Notes: a model not told the origin generated them from the sequence alone. A stretch of 64,000 bases of DNA from Octopus sinensis (GCF_006345805.1 NC_043014.1:8556001-8620000); one strand, 5' to 3'; positions 9,992 to 24,510 are shown, counted from the first letter of the stretch. Program-made: numbers and translations.

Positions 9992-12900
9992 GGACAGATA
10001 AGAGAACTAAATAACAGGGAGGAAGAAGAGAGAAACAGGGTAAAAGACAAAGAGAGGTAAAAGGAAAGAAGACTATATTAATTAGAGAAAAATTAGAGAG
10101 AGAAAGAGTGAGTGCTTGAAATCTCGAGGTTAATAAGCAGAGGTTATTCTAAGTCTTGGTTTTTAGTGTCTTGGTTGCTTTAGAGGATTCCCTCCTCTCA
10201 TTCACAATGTCATTTTAAAACCTTACTCATGAAGGTCTAGAGTGATTTAACAAAGGTTATTGCTTTAATTAAAATTAAATTTCACACAATAATCTAATGA
10301 TATGCTTGTTTTAATTTCACGGGGTTCTTGCTGTTTTGCATGAGCAAGTCCAATAACCCAGTCTTTAGGAATGTGACAGTGCTAATGATACAGTAATTAC
10401 TTCTAAAACACAAAGTCAGAAGTTTGGGAGGGAGTTAGCCGATTAAATTTGACTGATACTATAATGAAAAGAGAAAGTTGATTTTATGGGGATTGGAAGT
10501 CAGAGCGTGAAAACCCAGAACAAATACCACATGACATCTTGTCTGATGTTTTAATGGCTCTTCCAATTGGCTGCCCTAAAATTTTGTGGGTAGGAGTTTC
10601 ATTGCTAAGATTGACTCTAGTACTAGACTGGTACTCTATTTTATCAGTGCCAGAAGGATAAAGGGCAAAGCTGACCAGTGTGTTTTGAATTTGGAATGTA
10701 AAGAGCTGAAGCAAATTTCACAAGGGACTTTGTTTGACACTCTACTGCCTTTGCCATTGCATCACCTTTAAATAATTTGTAATGTAACCTTAAGGAATGC
10801 AATTTTGAGAAGAGGGACAGTCAATACCTATTTCTTTACTACCCACAAGGGGCAAAACACAGAGGAGACAGCCGGATTAAGTCGATTATATTGACCCCAG
10901 TGCGTAACTGGTACTTAATTTATTGACCCCGAAAGGATGAAAGGCAAAGTCGACCTTGGCGGAATTTGAACTCAGAACTTAACAGCAGACGAAAAACGGC
11001 TACGCATTTCGCCCAGCGTGCTAATGTTTCTACCAGCTTGCTGCCTACTGACTCCAGTACTTGATTGGTACTTTATTTTATCAAACCTGGAGGAATTAAA
11101 GGCAAAATTGACCCTGGTTGGATTCAAAATCAAAACATAAAGAACAGGATCAAATATTACAAGACAATTTTCCAGTGCCCTAATGATTGTCCAATGCTCT
11201 AACCCTTGCCATAATAATAATAATAAAAATTTCAGATTTTGGTACAAGGCCAATAATTTTGAATGGTATAGGACTTGATTGGTACTTTATTTTTATCATC
11301 CCCTTGAGGATGAAAGGCAAAGTTGACCTTGGTGGCAGAAGGAATACCTATTTCTATTTCTTTATTACCCACAAGGGGCTAAACACAGAGGGGACAAACA
11401 AGGACAGACATAGGTATTAAGTCGATTACATCAACCCCAGTGCGTAACTGGTACTTAATTTATCGACCCCGAAAGGATGAAAGGCAAAGTCGACCTCAGC
11501 GGAATTTGAACTCACAACGTTGCGCCAGACGAAATACTGCTAAGCATTTCGCCCGGCACGCTAACGTTTCTGCCAGCTCGCCGCAGAAGGAATACCACTT
11601 AGTGTTTTGTCTGGCATGAGTATAATTCTACAAGCTCACCACCTTTTCTAACTCTTTACTCCTTTACTTGTTTCAGTCATTTGACTGCGGCCATGCTGGA
11701 GCACTGCCTTTTAGTCGAGCAAATCGACACCAGGACTTATTCTTTGTAAGCCCAGTACTTATTCTATTGGTCTCCCTTGCTGAACCGCCAAGTAACGGGG
11801 ACGCAAACACACCAGCATCGGTTGTCAAGCAATGCTAGGGGGACAAACACAGACACACAAACACATATACGACAGGCTTCTTTCAGTTTCCGTCTACCAA
11901 ATCCACTCACAAGGCATTGGTCGGCCCAGGGCTATAGCAGAAGATACTTGCCCAAGATGCCAGGCAGTGGGACTGAACCCGGAACCATGTGGTTGGTTAG
12001 CAAGCTACTTACCACATAGCCACTCCTGCACCTGTTTCAAATTTTGGCACAAGACCAGCAATTTTAGGAGTTTTGATGATTATATTGACACTAAAAGGAT
12101 GATGGGTAAACTTGGCCTCCACAGAATCTGAACCAATTCTCTAATCTGCCATCTCTTTCTACCATGGGCACAACATCACAGCTGCTTATATGAAAGATGC
12201 ATTTGATTAAATTAACTCCAATATGTCATTGGTACTTTGTAATTATTTTATCAACTTCTGAAATAAAGAAGATAAAATTCACCTTGTAAAAGGATAAAAC
12301 CAAACACCATATTCAGTAGAATGATGTCATAATAATGGCTTCTGATGTAGGTATAAGGTCAGAAATTTGGAGGGGACCACTGACTCTAGTATTTGGCTGG
12401 TATTTTATTTTATTGGCCATGAAAGTATGAAAGGCAAATTGGCAAAATTGGCCATGAAAGGTGACCTTGTCGAAATTCGCTTTGTCTTTCATCCTTTTGG
12501 AATCAAAATAAAATATCAAGTTCTGAGGTTGACAATATTGAATAACCCCACCCCTCGAAATTGTAACGAGAAGAGGAAATTTTTTCAATACTATTGACCA
12601 TAGGACTTTATTGATACTATTTTATCAAAAGGCTGCTATGGTCAACTTGGCTTTTCATCCTTTAGTGGTGGGGGTCAACAAAGGAAGTACTGAAGTCATT
12701 ATAATTAACTGAACTCCTCCAAAATATTGGAACTTGTGTCTATGGTAGAAAAGATTACATTTATTTATTTATTTATTTTTCTAAGGAACTCAGAGGGTTG
12801 CAATGCAAAATCAACACTGGTAGTGTTTGAACTCAGATAACAGAGCGACAAAACTAAATTCAGCACTACTGATTCTGCAACAACAACAACAATTTCTAAG

Positions 12901-13065
12901 TCTGAATAGGAAAGGACTTATCTATAGCCAGAGAGAGAGATCTTGTAGGAGACTGTGGGTGAGTGTAGGTGTACATGTGCAAGTTTAAGAGAGAGAAAGA
13001 GAGTGAGAGAGAGTGTAACTGATGGGAACCTGGAAATGTTAAAGACATGCATTGCAGGAATAGGT

Positions 13066-13450
13066 GGAGGCGCAATGGCCCAGTGGTTAGGGCAGCGGAC
13101 TCGCGGTCATAGGATCGCGGTTTCGATTCCCAGACAGGGCGCTGTGAGTGTTTATTGAGTGAAAACACCAAAAGCTCCACGAGGCTCCGGCAGGGGATGG
13201 TGGTGATCCCTGCTGTACTCTTTCACCACGACTTTCTCTCACTCTTACTTCCTGTTTCTGTTGTACCTGTATTTCAAGGGGCCGGCCTTGTCACTCTCTG
13301 TGTCACGCTGAATATCCCGGAGAACTACGTTAAGGGTACACGTGTCTGTGGAGTGCTCAGCCACTTACACGTTAATTTCACGAGCAGGCTGTTCCGTTGA
13401 TTCGGATCAACCGGAACCCTCGTCGTCGTAACCGACGGAGTGCTTCCATC
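13066..13450 (+). mobile_element. tRNA-derived SINE family D
   Basis: Head GGAGGCGCAATGGCCCAGTGGTTAGGGCAGCGG (A-box) and GGTTTCGATTCC (B-box); the same head occurs inverted at 58640-58940; the same tail occurs at ~33500-33670. Confidence 0.8.
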
Positions 13451-13929
13451 CAGGAATAGACGGAGACGGAAAAGAAGGTTCCAGAAAAACAGGGGTTCCT
13501 GGGATGAAGAAGAACTTAAGTCGGAAAAAAGCCCAGCAAAGATGATAGGAAAAAGAAAATGTAGAGCACAATAGATGGGTTACAAAAAAAAAAAAAAATA
13601 GAAGTAGGGTGCTGGCATTGAGAAGAACAGGGTCCGTTTGAGGTAACAGGTTTAGGGCAAAAGAAAACAACATGAGGAGGGACTAAGAATGAAAGGTCTT
13701 TTGATAAAGGAGAAGATTTTACTGAACAGACTGGTAGCTGCTTAAAATACCTATGTAAGTGTGTATGTGTGTTTATATATATATATATAAACATATATGT
13801 GTGTGTATATATATATGTACATATGTGTATATATATATATATATGTGTATATATGTATGTATATATATGTGTGTATATATGTATATATATGTGTATATAT
13901 ATGTATGTATATATATGTGTGTATATATG

Positions 13930-13986
<57 letters not shown>

Positions 13987-14292
13987 TTATGTATATATAT
14001 GTATATGTATGTTTATGTGTGTATATATATATATATATATAATGCTGGATACCAGTAATTGAAGGTGAAGTCCCAGCCTAGATGTGAGAGAAGTTATTAT
14101 ACAATGGTAGTTATGTTTTGGTAGAATAAGAGAAAAGGTTCCCCAAAGTAAGATACAAAGAGGTGTTAAAAAGGGAGGCACTGTTGAGAGAGAGAAGGGG
14201 TCAGTTGAAATGGAGGAGGATGAGAAGAAAGGGGGAGGAGTATTTTTCGGTTAGTATTTCAGAAGCTATTGAAAAAAAAATATCGCCTTGAT

Positions 14293-17200
14293 TTACGTCT
14301 CCATATCAGAGACATCTTCAGCAGACGAAATTAGTGGATGTCTTCTGAAATAATTAGTGGCAAGTTTCTTTGCTATTTCTTTGGCATTTTCTGCGTTGCT
14401 ATTGGATTGCTTTACAAATCGCTGAGTGAGTAATTTCGCAACCATTTTAAAGAGTTCTCGTGAGGCAAATTTGCCGTTTTTGTAGTAAGGATTTAAATAA
14501 TGGACAATAAGATTGGCAGCTTTCTTCATCTCGTGACTGTTGGGGTTGGTACTTCCTGTATTATTGCTAGAGCTACAAGACGAATTCTTCTGCACTTTGG
14601 CACCGCATTCTTCCTCTTGCACAATTACCTTATGACTTGAATCTGTATTGCTTGTGTTTTCTTCGAATCTTACTCCGCTTGACTTTTTCTTCTCCTGTCT
14701 CACCACCTCCATCCAGCTGTCGTCTGGTGGTGGAATTACAGAACTTCTCTCAACAATTACCGCTTCTGTCGTAGAATCAGGAAATAAAGCACCGTTTTCT
14801 TTCTGTTTCTGATTAACGTTTGCAGAATTAGTTTTGTTTGTGGCTTCATTAGTTGGTTCGTCCCACCGACTTTGTCTTCGTCTAGATTTACTTTTGGGGA
14901 CATCTGATGTCCCTTGGTGATCAAAGACTATCACTTTTTTATGAAACTCCTTCGGTTTCATACACCCTTCCAGTTCTTTTCCCTTTTTCTCTTCGCTACT
15001 GGACATTTTCTCTTCAATGGATGAAATCACATTCTGGAGATGGCTACTTTCGGTTTTCCTGCGTTTGTGTTTATGTTTTAGAGGATCCTTTTCCTGAATT
15101 TTATGTTTGTTGACTTTATAAGATGACGGTGATGATAATGATGGTGATGGTGATGACGCGACAAATTCTGTTTCCATGACAACAGTTTTATTTTCCTTTA
15201 CCTTAGAACTATGAGAATCTCTGGTTAGATTTTCATCCGGTAGTTTTTTGTGCTTACTCCTTTTCTCACTGCTAGATCGTTTTTCTGATCTTTTCTCCTT
15301 CTTTGTTCTTGATGGGGATTTGGTGGGGCTCACAGATTCCTCTAACTTTCTGTTAAAACAATCTTTTTTGATCACTAATTCAGGACTATTTCCCAGAACC
15401 TTCTCAGTAGCTTTATCCTCTTCATCGGACGTCAGACCTGTGCTATGAAAATCTTCATCAAATCTTTTATCTTTTTTGACTAACCCTAACTCTGAAACTT
15501 TTGTGGCTTTTTCAAGCTTTTCATGAAAATTATCCTCTTTCTTAAATACTGGAACAGGACTTTTTACAAGAACTGCCTCTGTAATCTTATCATCTTCATC
15601 AGAAGTCAAACCCGTGCTACTGAAATCTTCCTCTCCTCTTTTAGTGTGCTTAGCTTTTGTTGATGACTTTTGAACATGTTTTTCTGACTTTCTGTGAAAA
15701 GGCTCCCCATGCTTACCAATAGATGACGCAAGTTTCTTCACTGGGACACTTTTAGTATTTTCATCCTCATCAGATATCAAACTAATACTGTTTGATAACT
15801 TACCAGGTATTTTGCTGGAACTTTCTTTCTTTTCATCCTTAAGTATTTTAGCTGCAGTTTTAGAAGACGTTTTAGAAGAACTAGCTTTAGAAGAATCGGC
15901 TGACTTTTTAGAAGGGGAGGAGGAAGAATGTTTGTGTTTACTTGGTTTCTTGGAAGTTTTGGGACTTTCTGAAGAATTTAAAGCCTCTTGAAATGAATTA
16001 TTAAAATTTTCTGCTGAGCTGGAAGAGTTGGTACCTTTACTGTCATTTTTCTTTGAATGCTTTGAAGAGGATTTTTTGAATTTAGAAAACTGCTTCGAAG
16101 ACCGGCTTAGAACTGAATTAAGAGGTGTGAAAAGAGCTAGCTCAACCTCTTCATCCTCATCTGTAGTGGTAAGGCCAGTGGACTCAGGATCATCAAACAG
16201 CAGAGGTGATTCTGCCTGGTTTTCCTCTTCCAGTTCACTAATTTCTTCTTCCATTTGTTCATCCTCGTTAGCGGCTGTATAATGGGAATCTGATTTCTCT
16301 TCATCTGAATTTGGAACTGTTAAACATGATGTCAATTCATTCTGTCGAGTATCTACCGTGTTTTTATCTTTCTCTTTTCTTGGGGTACTACCACGATGCT
16401 TCTGCTCATCTGAACTACTTGTGTCTTTTGCTAATATTTTCTTGTTCTTAACTGGGCCCTTTCTATCTTCATCTGAGCTGATTCCACTAGAGTCCGGGGC
16501 CCAAAGGGGTTTTAAGCTTGAATGAAGGTTTTTACATTCAGTGAGTTTTTTAATCTCAAATTCTTTCTTAAAAATACCAGCTTTGTAAAGATTTGCAAAC
16601 TTGCTGGCCTTAAACACTTCAAATTCCAAATCTGCACAACAAATTGGAACTTGAAATTCTCCATCCCTTAACTTATGAGGGACATCTGCAAAATACTTAT
16701 TAAAGTTGTTGCACAATGCAGATTTCAATTTCTCAAAACAGTACATCCGGATTTGAAAGTTTAGTCGTGGAATTCTGTCACTTGAAGGATCTCGGAGTGG
16801 ACAGTCAGCAGGAATGACTGGTGTGTCATCTTCCTCTTCCTGTACAATAGATGGAGCAGGTTTACGTCTTTTTAATTCATTCAATATAAGATTCTTACGT
16901 TGTCTTCTGTTATTGTCATTCTCATCGTCAGAATTTTCATCACTGTCTTCTTCGCCATAGTAGTCTTTGGAATCCTTCTGCTGACCAAGCCGTCCACCAC
17001 CATAAAGCTCTACATCTGGTTCCGTTGGTTCCTTGACCATTCTTGTACTTCCATATTCATTTCGACACCACTTCCCGTAACTACCCTGCAGAAGGTTCTG
17101 CACTTGTTTGTCAGCATACTTTGCATTTTTACAATAATCACATTGCTTCTGGCAGTTTGGTTTTTCATCACCAAAATACTCTGCTATCACACGGTGCCGA

Positions 17201-17549
17201 CAACGTGGTAGTTCACAGTACTTAACCATTATCTCAAAGTTAGTCTCTGCTGATTTTCTCATGCAATTTTCTTGGTTGCGGGCATTCCTCTTAGTTGCTT
17301 CTTGCTTCAGGAGGAAAGATATAGCATCTCGGTCACGGCGAGAGTAATAGAGACAGCAATAAGAAGGCTGGCCATCACGACCGGCTCGGCCAGACTCTTG
17401 GTAATAACCAGACATGGTCTTTGGTAAGGTCCAGTGGACAACTAAACGGACATTGTGTTTATCAATACCCATGCCAAAACTGATGGTAGCTGTAATCAAT
17501 GGGATGCGGCCTTCCATCCAGTCAATTTGGATCTGCAGTCGGTCAACCT
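14293..17549 (-). CDS. RECQL5: RECQL5 coding exon 3 (helicase C-terminal domain, RQC zinc-binding, KIX-like, Ser/Lys-rich linker, SRI domain)
   Basis: Acceptor atttcag at 17550; ATISFGMGIDK, YYQESGRAGRDG, C-x6-RH...C-x3-CDYC, RIPRLNFQIR, C-terminal KKAANLIVHYLNPYYKNGKFASRELFK; 3257 nt; phase 1 matches exon 2. Confidence 0.93.
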
Positions 17550-18174
17550 CTGAAATACAATACAATAAATTATATTAAAAACATGTAATGTGATAAACAA
17601 GTTCTGATGGAAGTAGCAAGTGCTCTAGGGAAGAAGCATAAATATTAATTTCAAATTTTGACATAAGGCCATCAATTTCAGGGGAGGGGGTAAGTTAATT
17701 ACATCTACATCAATGCTCAGCTGGTAATTCCTCCTCCCCCTCATCATCATCATCGTTTAACGTCCGCTTTCCATGCTAGCATGGGTTGGACGGTTTGACT
17801 GAGGGCTGGCGAACCAGATGGCTGCACCAGGCTCCAGTCTTGATCTGGCAGAGTTTCTACAGCTGGACACTCTTCCTAACGCCAACCACTCCAAGAGTGT
17901 AATGGGTGCTTTTATGTGCCACCGGCATGGGGGCCAGTCAGGTGGTACTGGCAACGACCTCGCTCGAATCTTTTTACACATGCCAACGGCACAGGTGCCA
18001 GTAAGGCGATGCTGGTAACAATCCTGCTCGAATGGTTCCTCTTACATTCCACCGGCACGGAAGCCAGTTAATTATTTTATTGATATCCAAAAGGACAAAA
18101 GGCAAAGTCACTCTCAGCTGGAAGTTTGACCACATGGTCACAGGCTCAAATCCTACTTCAGCCATTCTGTTCTG

Positions 18175-18808
18175 TCTCTGAACGTGGAGGACGTTAGTGA
18201 GTTTGTCTATCTTGGCAGCAAGATCAGCAAATCAGGTGGATCAGACGAGGACATCACAGCAAGAAGCAAGAAGGCTTGGCAAGCCTTCGCTATTCTTTGG
18301 CCAGTATGGAAGTCCACTGCCATCTCAACTAGAACTAAACTCCGTTTATTTAGTTCAAACGTAAAATCCATGCTTTTGTATGGCTCTGAAACATGGAGAG
18401 CCACCTGCAGCAACTACAAGAAGGTCCAGACCTTCATCAACAAATGTCTCCGACAGATCCTCCATCTGAAGTGGTTCGACAGAGTGCCAAACACCGATCT
18501 GTGGGAAAGGGCCAACCAGGAGCCCATACCTGTTCAGATTAGACGAAGGAAATGGAGATGGATCGGGGACGCACTGCGGAAAGGACCTTCAAATGTGACA
18601 CGAAAAGCACTTGACTGGAACCTGCAGGGGAAAAGGAAGTGAGGACGCCCGAAGCAGACATGAAAGTGGAGCATTTTGGACGAGCTCAGGACCACCGGCC
18701 TGACATGGGAAGCAGCCAAGAAACACACCAATGACTGCAAAAAGTGGAAAACAACTGTTGAGGCCCTATGCTCCACAAGGGGCAAAAAGGATTAAGAAAA
18801 AGAAGAAG
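18175..18808 (+). mobile_element. 5'-truncated RTE-clade LINE in RECQL5 intron 2 (antisense to the gene)
   Basis: FVYLGSKIS...TKLRLFSSNVKSMLLYGSETW...QIRRRKWRWIGDALRK...ALDWNLQGKRK*GRPKQT*; terminal TAA at 18793-18795 followed by a GAA-rich tail. Confidence 0.9.
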
Positions 18809-19298
18809 TTGGGCAATTAGTGGCATAACAGGAGTCCAGCTGTAAAACCTCAAGAAGGCCTCAATATGGTTGCTTGACTTGTTAGAAAGAGAAGCCAAAT
18901 TCTCTTCAACGTACACATATCTTGGTAAAAAGGACACATTAGATGCTATACTCTTAGGTATACTATAACTGGAAGTATAACAGAATGGTCATAGCTGCTT
19001 GAGTAGAGTGCTGACCTGCCTGGGACTAAGCAACAACAGATGGCCGAATGTAAAAGCATTCTGCATAGGCCAGCAAGGAAAAAGAAATGGCTGCTCCAGT
19101 ATGGCAATAGCCTTGGGGCTGGAACATGTAAAACAGTAATTGAATAGTAAAAAAACAAAAAAAAAAACAAAGAAAAGCTTGAAAAGGAAAATAAAGAAAC
19201 AAAACATGCAGAGAAATGTGCAAAAGAAATGTGCCAGATTCTGTTGGCATGGAAATGAAAACATCCAGTTGAAGATTTGAAAAAGTGTACAAAGTTAC

Positions 19299-20063
19299 CT
19301 CGGAGTCCAGCATGATAAGCTTTCGTAGGAATCCCACTCTTTTGAAATCGAACAGCTAGTTCATCACACGTGTCTCTAGTACGGCAATATATAATGCCGG
19401 CACCATTGTCGTTCCAGCTGTTGTTGTCAGGGGGTTCACCAAACTTTGCACATACATAATCCAGGACATCTTTGAAGGGATCGTCCAAGGTTTCTTTCAT
19501 TCTTACTTCATAGAACAAATTTGGGCGGAAACAACTAGTTTTGAAAGACGCATAAGGTTTGCGGAGAGCCAGAGATTTTACAATGTCCTTTGTCACTTGC
19601 GCTGTTGCAGTAGCAGTTAGTGCAATGCAGGGAACATTAGGGATTTTATTGGCCCTTAACTGGCCAAGTTTAAGGTAATCTGGACGAAAGTCATGGCCCC
19701 ACTGTGATACACAATGGGCTTCATCAATAATGAAATAGTTCAAGAGGTCAGCATGGTTGAGGCTGTAGAGATGTTGTTGAAGAAAGGCCGTGGAAGCTTG
19801 CTCAGGAGTGATGTAGAGGAAACGGGTTTTTGGCTTTGGTCGGTTAAGGTCAGTTGTGATTCGGTTTCTCTCGGTCATGGTCTGTTTAGAGTTGATAGTA
19901 ACTGCACGGATTCCGATGTTGCGCAAATGGTCAATTTGGTCTTCGATGAGAGCCAGCAGTGGAGAAACCACCACGGAAATCCCGGGTTTGTACATGCCAG
20001 GTAGCTGGAAACACAGTGATTTGCCAGATCCTGTGGGCATGGAAATGAAAACATCTTGTTTTC
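19299..20063 (-). CDS. RECQL5: RECQL5 coding exon 2 (DEAH helicase N-terminal lobe)
   Basis: Acceptor (T)n-ccag; MPTGSGKS Walker A, IIDEAHCVSQWGHDFRPDY, ALTATAT, GIIYCRTR; donor G|gtaact; 765 nt; phase 1 at both ends. Confidence 0.93.
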
Positions 20064-20088
20064 CTGGAAAAAAAAAAAAAAAAAAAAA

Positions 20089-20118
20089 ATAATAATAATT
20101 ATTATTATTATTATTATT

Positions 20119-20196
<78 letters not shown>

Positions 20197-20216
20197 GTAG
20201 TAGTAGTAGTAGTAGT
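20089..20216. repeat. (AAT)n/(TAG)n microsatellite beside the exon 2 acceptor
   Basis: Visible directly. Confidence 0.95.
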
Positions 20217-20544
20217 CAAGACAAAGAGTATGATTCGATTGTAAGATATTTTATTAGTTGAGCGATATTTCAACAGTACGTCTGTCGTTGTCAAGTTCAA
20301 AATAAGAAGTGATAAAAATTCAAAATTACAGAAATTACTCTTTTACTTGTTTCAGTCATTTGACTGCAGCCATGCTGGAGCACCGCCTTTAATCAAGCAA
20401 CTCGACCCCGGGACTTATTCTTTGTAAGCCCAGTACTTATTCTATTGGTCTCTTTTGCCGAACCGCTAAGTAACGGGGACATAAACACACCAGCATCGGT
20501 TGTCAAGCAATGCTAGAGGGACAAACACAGACTCACAAACACGC

Positions 20545-20575
<31 letters not shown>

Positions 20576-21373
20576 TACGACAGGCTTCTTTCAGTTTCCG
20601 TCTACCAAATCCACTCACAAGGCTTTATTCGGCCTGAAGCTATAGTAGAAGACACTTGCCCAAGGTGCCACGCAGTGGGACTGAACCCGGAACCATGTGG
20701 TTGGTAAACAAGCTACTTACTACACAATATTCTTTTACTTGTTTCAGTCATTTGACTGTGGCCGTGCTGGAGCACATGCTTTAGTCGAACAAATTGATCC
20801 CAGGACTTATTCTATAGGTCTCTTTTGCTAAACTGGTAAGTTACCCGGATGTGAACACACCAACATCGGTTCTCAAGCGATGGTGGGAGGACAAACACAC
20901 ACACATCATCATCATCATATATATATATATATGATGAGCTTCTTCCAGTTCCCGTCTACCAAGGCTATAGAAGACACTTGCCCAAGGTGCCATGCAGTGG
21001 GACTGAATCCGGAACCATGTGGTAAGCAAGCTACTGACCACACAGCCACTCCTGCACTTATGTATATGCATATATATATATATTTATATATCTCATGTGA
21101 ACATTATGCTATTGTATAATTTCCTATTTCACTATTTTGTATATATCTCCTCAGGTCAAATGAGAAATGAGAATATTTGTAATACTTGTTTCGAATTTCA
21201 GTACAAGGCCAGTAATCTTAGGGGAAATTTTTAAATGATTACATCAATCCCAGTGATTGACTGGTACTTATTTTGACTGGTAACAGCTTCCATTTATGCT
21301 ATATCTTCCACACAATGGAACTACAGAAGCGGCAGCACGTAAAAACCACCATTTGAGCATGGCCATTGCCAGT

Positions 21374-21785
21374 ACCTATTTCTTTACTACCCACAGGGGG
21401 CTAAACACAGAGGGGACAAACAAGGACAAAAATAGGTATTAAGTCGATTACATCGACCCCAGTGCGTAACTGGTACTTAATTTATCGACCCCGAAAGGAT
21501 GAAAGGCAAAGTCGACCTCAGCGGAATTTGAACTCACAACGTTGCGCCAGACGAAATACCTATTTCTTTACTACCCACAAGGGGCTAAAAACAGAGGGGA
21601 CAAACAAGGACAGAAATAGGTATTAAGTCGATTACATCGACCCCAGTGCGTAACTGGTACTTAATTTATCGACCCCGAAAGGTTGAAAGGCAAAGTCAAC
21701 CTCAGCGGAATTTGAACTCACAACGTTGCGCCAGACGAAATGCCGCTAAGCATTTCGCCCGGCGTGCTAACGGTTCAGCCAGCTT
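21374..21785 (-). repeat. SINE-B tandem array (two bodies plus head)
   Basis: Units joined at aaatacctatttc; they share private variants such as ctcagcgg and cacaacgttgcgcc. Confidence 0.85.
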
Positions 21786-22501
21786 GCCAATACCGCCTGA
21801 CTGGCCCTTGTACCGGCGGCACATAAAAGCACCCACTACACGCCGTTCAAACCGAAAAGATCCAACGAAGGTTGACTGTATTCCTTTATAAAAATTCACA
21901 ACTTTGTCTCAATGAGAAAAATCTTATCACCACCACCACCACCACACCTAATGTAAATTGAGCAATATAAATAGCAATAGGTTAAATGAATGTAGCATTC
22001 AGTTCTATCGTTCCCAGTATAGATCAAACTGGGATCAGCTTTAAGTGTAACTTCACCCTCCCAACTTCAAACGAGTAAACCCATTCCTCCGATACAGCTT
22101 CACGTGAACATACCACCACCACCACCACTACCTCGACTCTAGGCCAGTGTAACCTTCTCAAAAGCTGATAATTTTTTTTTACAAAGAGAAGAGGTTCTGT
22201 TATCGTAGCTTTCGGTATTCTTGAAATAGAACATGTAACAAAAAAGCTCGCCATCAGATTGATGGATACGTGTGTGTGTGCGTGTTTATATTTGATTAAA
22301 AATGGCCTAAAACTGCTGTTGTTTTATACTGTATCTTTTTATGACCCATAAGTTAGAGATTCGACAGACAAAATAAGTTCCAGTTTGTGTGTGTGTGTAT
22401 ACATACATATTTTTACTAGTTTCAGCTCGAGAGCCGTGGCCATGCTGGAGTGCTTGTTTCTACACACGTGTGTGTGTGTGTGTGTGTATATATACATATA
22501 T

Positions 22502-22546
<45 letters not shown>

Positions 22547-23052
22547 GTATATATATATATGTATTATATATATGTATATATATGTATGTATATATATGTA
22601 TATATATATGTATATATATATGTATATATATATGTATATATATATGTATATATATATGTATATATATATATGTATATATTATATATATATATACTCTTTT
22701 ACTTGTTTCAGTCATTTGACTGCGGCCATGCTGGAGCACCGCCATTAGTCGAGCAAATCGACCCCGAGACTTATTCTTTGTAAGCCCAGTACTTATTCTA
22801 TCGGTCTCATTTCGCCAAACCGCTAAGTGACGGTTATATATATATTTATCAAAAGAAAAACAGGATGCAGAGGATTTAGCGGTACATATGTTTCTGGCTT
22901 TATTAGACAGTTTATATCAATGCATAATTGATGTAATATGTATATCAATAGCCTTCCTCAGCCGCGCACAATTACCACACCAAAGACAAGTATTACATTA
23001 TAAGTTTGGGAAAAAGACGAGTTTCGTTGGGGATGCAAATCCTCATAGTCGC

Positions 23053-23100
<48 letters not shown>

Positions 23101-23546
23101 TAGGCAAGGATCGATAAGTTTTTGAAAGCAGTGGCCCACAAAACCTCAGTTCAATTACTAAAATTAGTGAAATAAAAAGATGCGTGGCATCTTGGGCAAG
23201 TGTCTTCTGCTATAGCCCCGGGCCGACCAATGCCTTGTGAGTGGATTTGGTAGACGGAAACTGAAAGAAGCCTGTCGTATATATATGTGTTTGTCTCTCT
23301 AGCATTGCTTGACAACCGATGCTGGTGTGTTTACGTCCCCGTTACTTAGCTGTTCGGCAAAAGAGACCGATAGAATAAGTACTGGGCTTACAAAGAATAA
23401 GTCCCGGGGTTGAATTGCTCGACTAAAGGCGGTGCTCCAGCATGGCCACAGTCAAAATGACTGAAACAAGTAAAAGAGTATACATATTTTTACTAGTTTC
23501 AGCTCGAGAGCCGTGGCCATGCTGGAGTGCTTGTTTCTACACACAC

Positions 23547-23587
<41 letters not shown>

Positions 23588-24510
23588 GAGAGAGAGAGAG
23601 GAGAGAGAGATAGGCAAGGATCGACAAGTTTTTGAAAGCAGTGGCCCACAAAACCGCAGTTCAATTACTAAAATTAGTGGAAAAAAACCAAAGAAACAAC
23701 CGTCCCTCAACATCACCACACACACAAGACCCCTGTAGCAGATAGCCTGATACTCCATCCATACGGTAATTTTACTTCAAAAACCTCCAACATGGGAATA
23801 CCGAGATATGGAATCTTGCAGATGTTACATTGAGGAGCAGTATTCTACTTCAGCACATATTAAGAATCCACTTGGGTGTACAAAATAAAGATTAGTTGGG
23901 GGTGGACAGGACAGTATTCAGGCCTCAATATACCAAACGGTGAACATATGGCAGCGGCTAATTTACGTGAATGAGTGAGCACAAGGCAAAATATGTCTGA
24001 AGATGATGAAGAACTGGGAGCGAAGTTGGCGTTTTTTTGCTTCTTCCTCATTCATTATTTGCATTTCTCAATGGAGAATGAAATAAAATGGAATAAAGAG
24101 ACACGTTTATGCATAACACACACACTCTTCATACATCATAGGGAAATCTAAGCATTTATTTCATACATTTTTACCATGCATTTTTGTTGTTGTTACTCTC
24201 TTGTATGTAATAAGAGAAAAACGAAACATAAAAAAACCCGCCAAAACTTTAAACTTGGATACACACGCACATATACACACCTACATACACGCGTGTGTGT
24301 TTTTCAGATGTATTTTGGTTTACATTCATATTGGGATAACAGACGACTCATAATGTCTTTTTTTTTTACATCACATTTGAATGAAGAAGTGCTGTGCCCA
24401 AAAGCTTTTCTGGGGCTTCCGAGGCTGGTTGGTAGGATGTAGTTGACCTCAGACCGAACTCCTAGTCTGAAACCTTGCAACTCGGATACACAAAACCAAA
24501 AGATCCAGTA

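Noticed and set aside
13740-14062. Long Y/I/C/V/M-rich ORFs here and at 22389-22783, 44582-45169, 56252-57257, 60450-61742
   Set aside because: Translations of (TA)n, (TG)n and (GATA)n microsatellites
18946-19298. Hydrophobic C-terminal tail of the 364-aa helicase ORF as a short RECQL5 isoform
   Set aside because: Read-through past a good donor into T-rich intron sequence; no evidence for intron retention
23690-24060. Possible nested gene in RECQL5 intron 1
   Set aside because: All frames short, with no convincing splice pair or homology
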